Assembly (NCBI GenBank): GCA_963824385.1
Contig: CAWGPD010000004.1
Span: forward strand, 608,001-672,000
Direction: 5' to 3'
Length of the DNA stretch: 64,000 bases
From: an uncultured Nitrososphaerota archaeon
GTDB taxonomy: Archaea; Thermoproteota; Nitrososphaeria; Nitrososphaerales; Nitrosopumilaceae
In this document: positions 33,402 through 42,487 of the stretch, one piece after another
Layout of the letters: the number at the start of each line of letters is the position of its first letter
Position numbering within the stretch: position 1 is the stretch's first letter
The notes under the pieces: model-generated
Told to the model about the DNA's origin: nothing
The model's input: the letters and a program-made list of their open reading frames with translations, nothing else
Databases searched by the model: none
Position numbers and translations under genes: made by a program

Positions 33402-34046
33402 TTATTTTTTGAATTGTACGTTAGATACTTCGGGCTCTTTTATTATAATTAATCCGCCATCTCGTAGTTGTTGAATTAATTGTAATACCTCTTTTTCCAT
33501 TTGTCCTCTTTGCAAACCAAGTTGTTGTGAAAACGCATCAACCAGTTCGGTTATCTTTCTTTGCCCATTACATAATTTCCAAAATTCTACAATTGCCTGA
33601 TTAACCATAAATCCCTGTTGATCTTCGTTCATCAAGACAAGTGAGCCATCCTCTTGTTTTACTAGAGAGCCTATACCTTGAGGCATTGCAATTTCATAGT
33701 TTATTGGGGCTATGGTTTTTTGGTTACCATAATTTATCATTTTTTTACCCTCCTCAGACATTTTCTCTGGAGTCCACGCAGGCTCCCATACAATCTCAAC
33801 ATCAACTCCAGTTACGCCTGGAACTTTGGTTACATATCTTTTAACGTCACTAACTAATGTGGCGTGTAATGGGCATCCTCGAGTAGTCATTGTCATTTTG
33901 ATATCTATTTTGTTATCATCTTTTACAGTCACACCGTAAATCAGTCCCATGTCAACTACACTTATTGGGATTTCAGGATCCATGCACTGTTTTAACGAAT
34001 CCAGTACTTGCTGAGAAGTTACAGTCATGAATTGACTTGTTTCCAC
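33402..34046 (-). CDS. DUF59/SufT Fe-S assembly protein fused to a C-terminal PqqD-like domain
   Basis: DPEIPISVVDMGLIY, MTMTTRGCP, VWEPAWTPE; C-terminus VNQAIVEFWKLCNGQRKITELV...LRDGGLI. Confidence 0.85.
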   Translation of the reverse strand: METSQFMTVTSQQVLDSLKQCMDPEIPISVVDMGLIYGVTVKDDNKIDIKMTMTTRGCPLHATLVSDVKRYVTKVPGVTGVDVEIVWEPAWTPEKMSEEGKKMINYGNQKTIAPINYEIAMPQGIGSLVKQEDGSLVLMNEDQQGFMVNQAIVEFWKLCNGQRKITELVDAFSQQLGLQRGQMEKEVLQLIQQLRDGGLIIIKEPEVSNVQFKK

Positions 34047-34061
34047 AATAGAATAAATACT

Positions 34062-35123
34062 TTACAACTTTGATTCAAATAATTTTCGTATAGATTCTAC
34101 AAATGGAGGCTTGGCAACTCCCACTTCAGTTATAATTCCAGTTATCAGTTCAGGAGGAGTCATATCAAAGGCCGGATTAATTACATTAATGCCATCAGGA
34201 GCAGTTTTCTTTCCTGCAACTCCTGTAACCTCACTTGCTTTTCTTTGTTCAATTATGATATCATCGGGTTTATTTTTTAGATCAAATGTAGAGAGTGGGG
34301 CTGCTACATAAAATGGAATATTGTGTTGTTTTGCCATTGTAGCAACTTGATAAGTGCCAATTTTATTATACACATGACCAGTGCTTAGGATTCTGTCTGC
34401 ACCAACCACAACTTTATTCACTAGCCCCTTTGACATTGCATAACCTACAGCAGTATCAGGAATCAGGCTAACATCGATATTGTCATGTTTTAATTCAAAA
34501 GCAGTAAGACGCGATCCTTGCATCACAGGTCTTGTTTCAGTAGCTATAACCTTTATGTTCTTTCCACTATCTCTAGTTGCACGAATAACACCCAAGGCAG
34601 TTCCATATCCAACAGTGGCAAGTGCACCTGCATTACAATGAGTCATTATGGTGTCATTATTTGCAAACAATTCTGAGCCAAATTTTCCCATTCTCATATT
34701 GATTTCCACATCTTCAACAGCCATCTTCTGGGCAGTATCAACAACCATTTTTTTAATTTCATTAACATCATTTCCTTTACTTGCTACTTGCATTATTTTT
34801 TCTAGTCCCCATGCAAGATTAACAGCAGTTGGACGTGTCTCAAAGAGTACTTTTCTAGCTTTTTCTAGATCTTCAAGCAATTTTTCCTTGGTCTTTGCTT
34901 TACTTTGAAGTGATGCTAGAGCCAGACCAAAAGCTCCGGCAACTCCAATAGCTGGTGCTCCCCGTATTACAAGATCCTTTATGGCCTGTGCCACCTTTCT
35001 ATAGTCCTTGAACTTTACATATTCAAGTTTGTTAGGAAGTTTTGTTTGATCTATCATTATTACAGTATTGTTCTTCCATTCAACAGTTCGTAAACTAGAA
35101 TGAATCTTGGTTTGATCCTTCAA
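34062..35123 (-). CDS. mtnA: S-methyl-5-thioribose-1-phosphate isomerase
   Basis: DQTKLP, IRGAPAIG, TRPTAVNL, THCNAGALAT, ETRP..QGSRLTA, GADRI, NKIGTY, NPAFD. Confidence 0.93.
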   Translation of the reverse strand: MKDQTKIHSSLRTVEWKNNTVIMIDQTKLPNKLEYVKFKDYRKVAQAIKDLVIRGAPAIGVAGAFGLALASLQSKAKTKEKLLEDLEKARKVLFETRPTAVNLAWGLEKIMQVASKGNDVNEIKKMVVDTAQKMAVEDVEINMRMGKFGSELFANNDTIMTHCNAGALATVGYGTALGVIRATRDSGKNIKVIATETRPVMQGSRLTAFELKHDNIDVSLIPDTAVGYAMSKGLVNKVVVGADRILSTGHVYNKIGTYQVATMAKQHNIPFYVAAPLSTFDLKNKPDDIIIEQRKASEVTGVAGKKTAPDGINVINPAFDMTPPELITGIITEVGVAKPPFVESIRKLFESKL

Positions 35124-35210
35124 TACTGGTTCTCAAATTATGGCTTTTTTATAATCTTTGCAATGTTATACCATTAAACATTATATTGCAATCGTTATCC
35201 AAGTCAATAG

Positions 35211-36222
35211 TTGCTAAATCTTGCTACGTTGAAGAAGTATGACGTTTCTGGCATGTACAAGGTTTATGATCAATGGCCCAGAATTGCAAGAGAATCATAT
35301 TCATCTGATCAAGATGTCGTAGATTTTGACAATATAGATCATATCGTATTTTCAGGCATGGGCGGCTCTGGAACAATAGGAGATATCATATCATCAATTC
35401 TTTCAAAGACAAATATTCATGTTGCAGTAGTAAAAGGATATCATCTTCCAAATACCGTAGATTCAAAAACACTTGTTATTACCACAAGCATTTCTGGAAA
35501 TACTGCTGAGACTTTGGCTGTACTTGATGCTGCAAGAAAAACCAAATGCAAGTTAATTGCCTTTTCTTCAGGAAGTAAGATGGAAGCATTATTGTCAAAA
35601 ACACAAGATTGAACACAGGGTTGTTCCAAAGACTCACTCTCCCAGAGCATCTTTTCCAGGATTTTTATATACTATTTTAAAAGTACTTGGACCTGTATTA
35701 CCATTAAAAGAAAAAGACATTTTAGATTCCATAAAAGAACTTGAAAAGACTGGCAGAATTATTTCATCAGAGAATCTTGATAAAAACAACCCATCTTTGC
35801 AGTTAGCAGAATGGATTTCAGGAATTCCAGTCATCTATTATCCTTTTGGCCTCCAATCCGCTGCAGTAAGATTCAAGAACTCGCTTCAGGAAAATGCAAA
35901 AAGACATGCCATGATAGAAGACATCATAGAGGCAGGTCATAATGATATAGTATCATGGGAGAAAAAAGACAAGGTACAGCCAATTTTGCTTGAAGGAACA
36001 GATGACTATATCAAAACTAAACAGAGATGGGAAATAATTAAAAAATATTTCCAGATAAACAAGATTGACTATAGAGAAGTACACTCTGTAAAAGGTTCCA
36101 TAATTTCCAAGTTGATTAATTTGATCTATGTTCTGGATTATTCTACGATATACCTTGCTGCTTTATCAAAAATAGATCCATCGCCTACCAAGTCTATTGA
36201 TTTTATCAAGAAATTATCGTAG
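35211..36222 (+). CDS. Bifunctional phosphoglucose/phosphomannose isomerase (SIS); frameshift near 35585
   Basis: GMGGSG, SISGNTAET, PRAS, RFKNSLQENAK, E..HN. Confidence 0.85.
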
Positions 36223-36328
36223 ATGCTAGAATGTAATTTATTGTAATAGAGATTTAATGTAATTCATTTTTAGAGAATCGTAATACATTCAATTATTAAT
36301 TAAACATATTCTGTCCAGTATTCGATTT

Positions 36329-37116
36329 TTACTTTTTATATTTTTTTGCAATTGATTTTGCGTTTTTTACTTTTTTTGCATAGTCTGATTGATATCTTTT
36401 ATTAGATCAAGTGTCTGATTGTGAATTAGATCAAGGTTAGGAATTACACAATGTCCTCCAATAAAGCCAGGAAACATCTTTGGTCTGTTTCCCAAGAATT
36501 TGTGAATTTCATCTGAAAATGACCACATTTCATCATAATTTACATTATTTGTATTGCAATCATGTTACTAAGTTGGGCATAATTTATCAGCCATCCATAG
36601 TATGAAGTATCTACTACTATCTTTGCCAATTCCAGTGTCAATAGGGGATGACATTTGCTTTGTTTTTACTCCTGATTTTTTCATCAGTTTAGTATATTCT
36701 GAAGAAGCCCATTCTTTTTTAGGAGCATTAGTATCCTAATAGCAAAAAACTTGGTGTACCGCTTTAGATCATTCAACATTCTTTTATGCACTCCACGAGT
36801 TGCACTGTAAATTACAGGCATGTCCAGTTTCTTTTGTATTCTGTCAGTAGTACCTGGACTAATTGTGCTGTGTATCACAATTGCTTTTGGTTTATGTGTT
36901 TTGACTATATCAAAAACTGCTTTTTCAAACTTGGAAGTAAATGGAATGCAGATATGACAAAATACAGTATCAAGATGTTTGAATTTTTCATATTTGTTTT
37001 TGATCCATTAACTTTGGATTAATGTCATAACCTACAGCAATGTTATTTTTTGATATTAATTGTAATATTGGATATCCTATTTCTCCCAAACCTACAACTA
37101 TATTTTTTTGTAGCAA
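36329..37116 (-). CDS. Short UDP-glucose/GDP-mannose dehydrogenase-like protein; several frameshifts
   Basis: Rejoined: VVGLGEIG, GYDI, HICIP, IHSTISPGTT, ELAKIVVDTSYYG, FIGGHCVIPN; 3' end uncertain. Confidence 0.7.
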
Positions 37117-37222
37117 ACTAGGATATCCAATACAAGACTCCTAAATTAATCAATAGATTAGAAATATAATACAGAAAAATAATGATCAGAGAATTCTTCC
37201 TAGGCCTGTTTTTACATTAAAA

Positions 37223-38878
37223 CTAGTTATTTGATTTGACTGTAATTGGCTGGTTTAATTCTTCTCTTGCTTTACAGATTTCACAGTAACTATCCCATTT
37301 TTTGCTATGCCTCCACTGTTCTAATCCTGTCTGATCAAATCTCTGATGAGCCATTTGTAAGATTCTTTTTGTGTCATGTTGGTACATGAATTGTTTCAAA
37401 GAAAACAATTCTGGAATTGTAAAATACTGGCTTACAGTAGCAGTATACTGAGTTGCATCCCCACATTCTTGCATAAATCTATCCAAGGCCTTTAGTTTCC
37501 ATTCATCAACTGTTTTTTTGTCAATATCAGGTCTATCTTTTACAAGCTTTAATCGTTCATCATATTGTTGAAGTATGAATTCTTTATTTGCGTAATAAAT
37601 TGGGCTGCCTACATAAGGAGTGCATATGAATGGATTTATTTCGATATTATTTCGAATCCAAAATGTTACAGTCTCCATTAAATCATCGATATTTTCATGT
37701 GGATTTCCTATCATGAATGTTGTAATGGGCCTAAGTCCAGTATTTTTAATTGTATCAAGGGTTTTTTGCAAGTGGGCTTGTGTTTGTCCCTTTTGAATAT
37801 CTTGACTTAATACTTTATCTGAAGCAGATTCAAACCCAAATGAGATAAAGGTGCAACCTGCGTCTTTCATAATTTTTATAATTCCTGGCTGGACTGCCAC
37901 ACTTGGTGCATCACCCAATGTTCCCCACTTTACTTTTTCGTGTAATCCTTCCTTTACGTACAAGTCACAAAATTCCTTTGTCCATTTTAGATTGCTAGTC
38001 ATATTTTCATCAACGCAAAATACAAAATCTACATTATATTTTTCATGCAAAAATTTTACGTTATCAACTGCATATCGTACAGAAGGCCATCGTGCAGGCA
38101 TTTGGAATGTCTCATTTTTCTTGTCAACCTCTCTTACAATTGCTTCTCCTTTTTTCCTATCACCTAATCCATAGATGTTTTGTATATCTCCTCTAGACAT
38201 TCCATTATGAGAACAAAATGTACATCCACGAGGACAACCTCTTTCCCATACCACATTTATTCTTCTTTTTGAATTAAATGCCTCTACAGACATTGGAAGA
38301 GAAGAATATTTGAAATAAATGTCCATTTCTAAGAGATGATAAGCCGGATAAGGTATAGTATTCAGATCAGAAATCAATGCACGAGGTTCTGTAAACTTGA
38401 TTTCTCCATTGTCTTTTAGACACAGACCTTTTACTTTATTGAAATTTCTTGTATTTTGAATCATTTCATCGCAGACCTCAGAGAATGTCTCCTCACCTTC
38501 TCCTATGCATACCATATCAATTCCTGGAACTAGTTGCAATATTTCATCAGCATTGTATGTAGCCCAACCACCACCGCTTATGATAGTAGAATCTGGACAT
38601 GTTTTTTTCATTAATGATACAAGTTGTCTAATGCGTCTATACGCAGTAGTAAGACCTCCAATTCCTATAAGATCCCATTTCTCTGAACCCATCTCTTCTT
38701 CAATTATTTTGGTGGGAACTAGCTGTCCATCATAATTCATCCTAAGTGCATTTAAATCCAATATGCCAACTTGGGCACCTTTTTGTTCTGCGATTGCACC
38801 CAATATTCCAGCCCAAAATGGAATATCATATGGTTTATCATTTAACCTAACTTCAGGTACTACAAGCAGAACTTTCAT
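37223..38878 (-). CDS. B12-binding radical SAM protein, copy A (intact)
   Basis: N-terminal cobalamin-binding-type region (DLIGIG, GGG, GEGE), RGCPRGCTFC, DEN, GFES, FMIG.P.E, PYVGS. Confidence 0.9.
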   Translation of the reverse strand: MKVLLVVPEVRLNDKPYDIPFWAGILGAIAEQKGAQVGILDLNALRMNYDGQLVPTKIIEEEMGSEKWDLIGIGGLTTAYRRIRQLVSLMKKTCPDSTIISGGGWATYNADEILQLVPGIDMVCIGEGEETFSEVCDEMIQNTRNFNKVKGLCLKDNGEIKFTEPRALISDLNTIPYPAYHLLEMDIYFKYSSLPMSVEAFNSKRRINVVWERGCPRGCTFCSHNGMSRGDIQNIYGLGDRKKGEAIVREVDKKNETFQMPARWPSVRYAVDNVKFLHEKYNVDFVFCVDENMTSNLKWTKEFCDLYVKEGLHEKVKWGTLGDAPSVAVQPGIIKIMKDAGCTFISFGFESASDKVLSQDIQKGQTQAHLQKTLDTIKNTGLRPITTFMIGNPHENIDDLMETVTFWIRNNIEINPFICTPYVGSPIYYANKEFILQQYDERLKLVKDRPDIDKKTVDEWKLKALDRFMQECGDATQYTATVSQYFTIPELFSLKQFMYQHDTKRILQMAHQRFDQTGLEQWRHSKKWDSYCEICKAREELNQPITVKSNN

Positions 38879-38939
38879 GTGTTAGAGTATTATGAAATAA
38901 TATTTAAAGCAAGATATTGGATTAATGCACAAAATATCG

Positions 38940-40040
38940 TCAGTTTTTATACAAATCAAGAAAATCTGCAAGAGTGATACATTTGATCCTGTCTCCAAAG
39001 ATACACCCACCTTCTGTTGCATTTACTGTAGTCAGCCAGTCAGGGGAACGTGAGATAAATTCCTTTAATGCACCGCTATAATACTTGAAAATTGGATCCA
39101 AGATACAATAGCATTTGAATTCAGGATTGTAGACTTTGGGAAATACTTTGGAAAACATTGGATCACTTTCATCTATTTTTATTTCCGAATGAGTATGACC
39201 ATGAGTTTTTATCACTTCCAATGGATCATCCTCGCTCCATCCATGGTTTATTCCAATTAATGATACGGTAGAGCATTTTAGAATTTTCCAGCTTACAAAC
39301 CATGCTGATGTACCCACATTTCCTCCAGTTTGTATTGCAGGTAGACCATGTAAGCGGTTTGCTCTAACCATTAGTGCAGACATTTGGTTAAAGGATTTTT
39401 TTCCTTCGTTATAATCAAACAATGCGTGAAGCCAGTGAATTTTTATTTTTGCCTGTCTTGCACGTTCAACAGTAATTGGATTTACTACAGTTGAAAATAT
39501 TCCTTTTATTTTATCGCCATACTTGTCAACTAGCTCATCATTATAATATTCCCTAATCTCTTTTCTTGAATCAATAGTAACTACATAATATTTGGGAAAT
39601 TTATCTGGAGTAATCCCAGCTTTTAATGCATTAATGAGGGCGCCGTCCGTACACACTATGGAACCCTGATAATCACTCTTTGCCAATAATTCCAAGTGAT
39701 TATATTTCTTAATCGATGGTCCACGCCCAATTATTATAGCAGAACCTTTAGCATCAGAACTATCTTTGGTTGGATCAAGATCCTTAGCAGAAGGTTCACT
39801 CCAAATGTTCTTCAGGTTCAAGGCAAAATATTGAACCCATTCATCATAGAATTTGTTATAGTATACCTCTTCCCATTTTTTTTCTATCTTTGTTTTTATT
39901 TTATCGTCAACCAAGTGATTATTGAGAATATGGATTAGCCACTCGTCCCAATCTTTTTCTTCAAAACCCATTGCTTTTTTCTTGTCTGAAATCTTCGAAA
40001 AAGTCTCTTTCCGAATTATAAGATCTATGTTATCAGACAT
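38940..40040 (-). CDS. DUF115/Maf (MptE-like) family protein, copy A
   Basis: IIIGRGPSI, VCTDGAL, VVTID, GGNVG, NATEGG. Confidence 0.85.
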   Translation of the reverse strand: MSDNIDLIIRKETFSKISDKKKAMGFEEKDWDEWLIHILNNHLVDDKIKTKIEKKWEEVYYNKFYDEWVQYFALNLKNIWSEPSAKDLDPTKDSSDAKGSAIIIGRGPSIKKYNHLELLAKSDYQGSIVCTDGALINALKAGITPDKFPKYYVVTIDSRKEIREYYNDELVDKYGDKIKGIFSTVVNPITVERARQAKIKIHWLHALFDYNEGKKSFNQMSALMVRANRLHGLPAIQTGGNVGTSAWFVSWKILKCSTVSLIGINHGWSEDDPLEVIKTHGHTHSEIKIDESDPMFSKVFPKVYNPEFKCYCILDPIFKYYSGALKEFISRSPDWLTTVNATEGGCIFGDRIKCITLADFLDLYKN

Positions 40041-40076
40041 TTTAATTTATTTGATTCATGTGTTGTTAATTTCGTT

Positions 40077-40281
40077 TTAAAGTTCGTCTAATCCTAATTC
40101 GTCGTCTTTTTTCTGTGATCTAAAAATCATAAATGAGCCAGTCTGCTCCTGAGCGACTAACAAGTTCTTCAAATTGTTCCTCTGTAAGATCTTCTTTGGT
40201 ATTGTCAGTTGATGAATTTTTATTGTTATCTGCACTAGAAATGTTTTTTTTAGTCTCAAAATTAGTCTTCAATGACACCAT
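40077..40281 (-). CDS. Small peptide, copy A (~64-67 aa); one extra base near 40143
   Basis: Rejoined (MVS)LKTNFETKKNISSADNNKNSSTDNTKEDLTEEQFEELVSRSGATGSFMIFRSQKKDDELGLDEL*; homologous to 62160-62344. Confidence 0.75.
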
Positions 40282-40478
40282 AATCCTGTCTGAGCAATAT
40301 TAAGTTTTATAGCAAAAACAAGACTTGTCATCAACTTTACAATCATAACAAGATAGTAATTACCAGTTAATTTTTTTAGGTCATTAGAAATATTTTAGTG
40401 AAAAATATTATTCTGAATTTATGATCTAACTATCAAAAACTATATGTTGTAGCAATTTCAACAATCAACAATTTATCC

Positions 40479-41372
40479 ATGAAAAAACAATCATGTATCT
40501 TGTGTAAACGTGAGGGCCTTGATATAATTTCAAATCAAGTGAGAGATTCAAAAAAACACAAGGTCCTAAAATGCCAAGGATGTGGTCATGTCCAGCTTTA
40601 CCCCATTCCAAGCCCAGAAGAGGACAAGGTATTTTATGATAAAGATCTGCAGAACAAGAATATAAAATATTATGGAAGTATTGAAGATCACAGAAAGAAA
40701 AGCATTGATGACACACTTAGACGATGGGAATTAGTTCAAAAAATTACTCCAAAAAAAGGTAAAATTTTAGAAATCGGTGCAGGACATGGATTTTTTGTGG
40801 AACTTGCTCATGATAGTGGCTTTAAAATCACTGGCATAGAGATCTCCGAGGAAAAAAGAGAGATGGCAAAAAAAGTGACCAAGGCTGAAATTTTAGATAT
40901 AGATATAAATTTTCAAGAACTCAATATCAAGGACTTTGATACCATAGTATTGTTTCATGTATTAGAACACATTACAAACCCATTCACATTTTTGAAAAAA
41001 ATTAAAAACATGTTAAAGCCACAAGGAAAGATAGTAGTAGAGGTACCAAACTGTGATGATTTTCAGCTTGATCTAAATGATGCATATAGAAATTTTTATT
41101 GGCAGAGAGCTCATTTACATTATTTTACTCCAAAAATTCTAAAAAGTGTCCTAAACAAAACAGGTTTCAAAACTGAAATCATGGGAGTTCAGAGATACAG
41201 TATAGAGAATATGTTCAGTTGGAAATTGACAAATAAGCCGCAGTTAAATGAGCCCACTTATAGTCTTCCTAAGCCGTATGAATGGATTGAATTAACATAC
41301 AAGAGTCATCTAGAAAAAAAATTAACGTGTGATACACTTGTAGCTATAGGAATCAATTCAAAAATCAAATAA
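40479..41372 (+). CDS. Class I SAM methyltransferase with N-terminal Zn-ribbon
   Basis: CILC..CQGC, LEIGAGHG, FHVLEH, EVPN, HLHYFT. Confidence 0.88.
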   Translation: MKKQSCILCKREGLDIISNQVRDSKKHKVLKCQGCGHVQLYPIPSPEEDKVFYDKDLQNKNIKYYGSIEDHRKKSIDDTLRRWELVQKITPKKGKILEIGAGHGFFVELAHDSGFKITGIEISEEKREMAKKVTKAEILDIDINFQELNIKDFDTIVLFHVLEHITNPFTFLKKIKNMLKPQGKIVVEVPNCDDFQLDLNDAYRNFYWQRAHLHYFTPKILKSVLNKTGFKTEIMGVQRYSIENMFSWKLTNKPQLNEPTYSLPKPYEWIELTYKSHLEKKLTCDTLVAIGINSKIK

Positions 41373-41391
41373 CGCCTAACTAAATCTTATT

Positions 41392-42408
41392 TTATAATTT
41401 ATTATAATGTAGTATGATTTTCTTTTCTTTTTTACTACTTTGTTCTATAGCATCCAATACTTGGAGTATTTTTAATTCATCACTAAATGAATGAGGATAC
41501 TTTTTCTTTCTTTTTACAGCATCTAGGAAATTCTTCATCTCCTCTTCATAAAGCTCCTCTGGTGGAGTACTACCTTTGTAACCCTTTGCAACTTCACCCA
41601 TTTTTACTTTGACAGTTTTCCATTTTTCGCCTTTACCTATTTTGATATATCCTTCATTGAAATCACATAGAATGGTTCCTTTTTCGCCAATGATTTTTGT
41701 TTCTCGAATCGATGGTCTTGTAATGACATCTATTACAAGTGTGCAAAATATCCGGTTCTTAAATTCCAATATTGTTTGATAAACGTCATCAATATCAGCA
41801 TCCAACTTTGAAAGTTTCTGTATGTCTCCATATGCTGATTTTATATCAGAGAAAAGATAGTTTAACCAAACCAATTCAAATGGAATTATTTCTCTTGCTC
41901 CACCTGTTTCTCTTTTTGAGACATAGAAATTTCTGTAATCTTCCCATGGATGCCAATCAGGGAGAAAATGTCCAAAATGATGGTAAATTGTCAGGATTTT
42001 ACCAATTGAATGACTGTCTAGTAATTTTTTTAGAATTTTAATCATGGGATGAAATCTCATTGTGCATGAAGGAACTCCAACTATGGATTTACTTTTCAGC
42101 ATTGAGATCAGTTTTTTTATATCATTAGAAAAGAGGTTCACTTCGGTGAAAAAATTTATTTTATTTTTTATCGCTATCTCAGCATATTTTCTATGCAAAT
42201 CAGGAGGAGTTGAAATTACCATGACATCAGGTTGCATACTTAGCGCATCATCAAAATCTCCAATTGTAGTTACATGATATTTTTTATTTGTCTCTATTCT
42301 TCTATCTTCTCGAGGATCAAAACCAATTATGTTCGTATAACCTAATTTCAAAAGATTTCTTATTCGTCGTTTACCCATAGAACCTAATCCGACTACTAAT
42401 ATTTTCAA
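41392..42408 (-). CDS. Gfo/Idh/MocA oxidoreductase
   Basis: VVGLGSMGKR, STPP..H, RFHP, LPDWHPWEDYR..Y. Confidence 0.88.
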   Translation of the reverse strand: MKILVVGLGSMGKRRIRNLLKLGYTNIIGFDPREDRRIETNKKYHVTTIGDFDDALSMQPDVMVISTPPDLHRKYAEIAIKNKINFFTEVNLFSNDIKKLISMLKSKSIVGVPSCTMRFHPMIKILKKLLDSHSIGKILTIYHHFGHFLPDWHPWEDYRNFYVSKRETGGAREIIPFELVWLNYLFSDIKSAYGDIQKLSKLDADIDDVYQTILEFKNRIFCTLVIDVITRPSIRETKIIGEKGTILCDFNEGYIKIGKGEKWKTVKVKMGEVAKGYKGSTPPEELYEEEMKNFLDAVKRKKKYPHSFSDELKILQVLDAIEQSSKKEKKIILHYNKL

Positions 42409-42487
42409 TAATCTTCGTTTTTTGTTCTCGCATAGAGTAAATATCTGTTATGAAATGAAAATGCCCATTTTTTATAAAAATTATAAA

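Noticed and set aside
38940..40040. DUF115 as the housekeeping pterin kinase MptE
   Set aside because: Longer than expected, duplicated, carries the Maf-type NATEGG tail and lies in a nonulosonate cluster; not fully excluded
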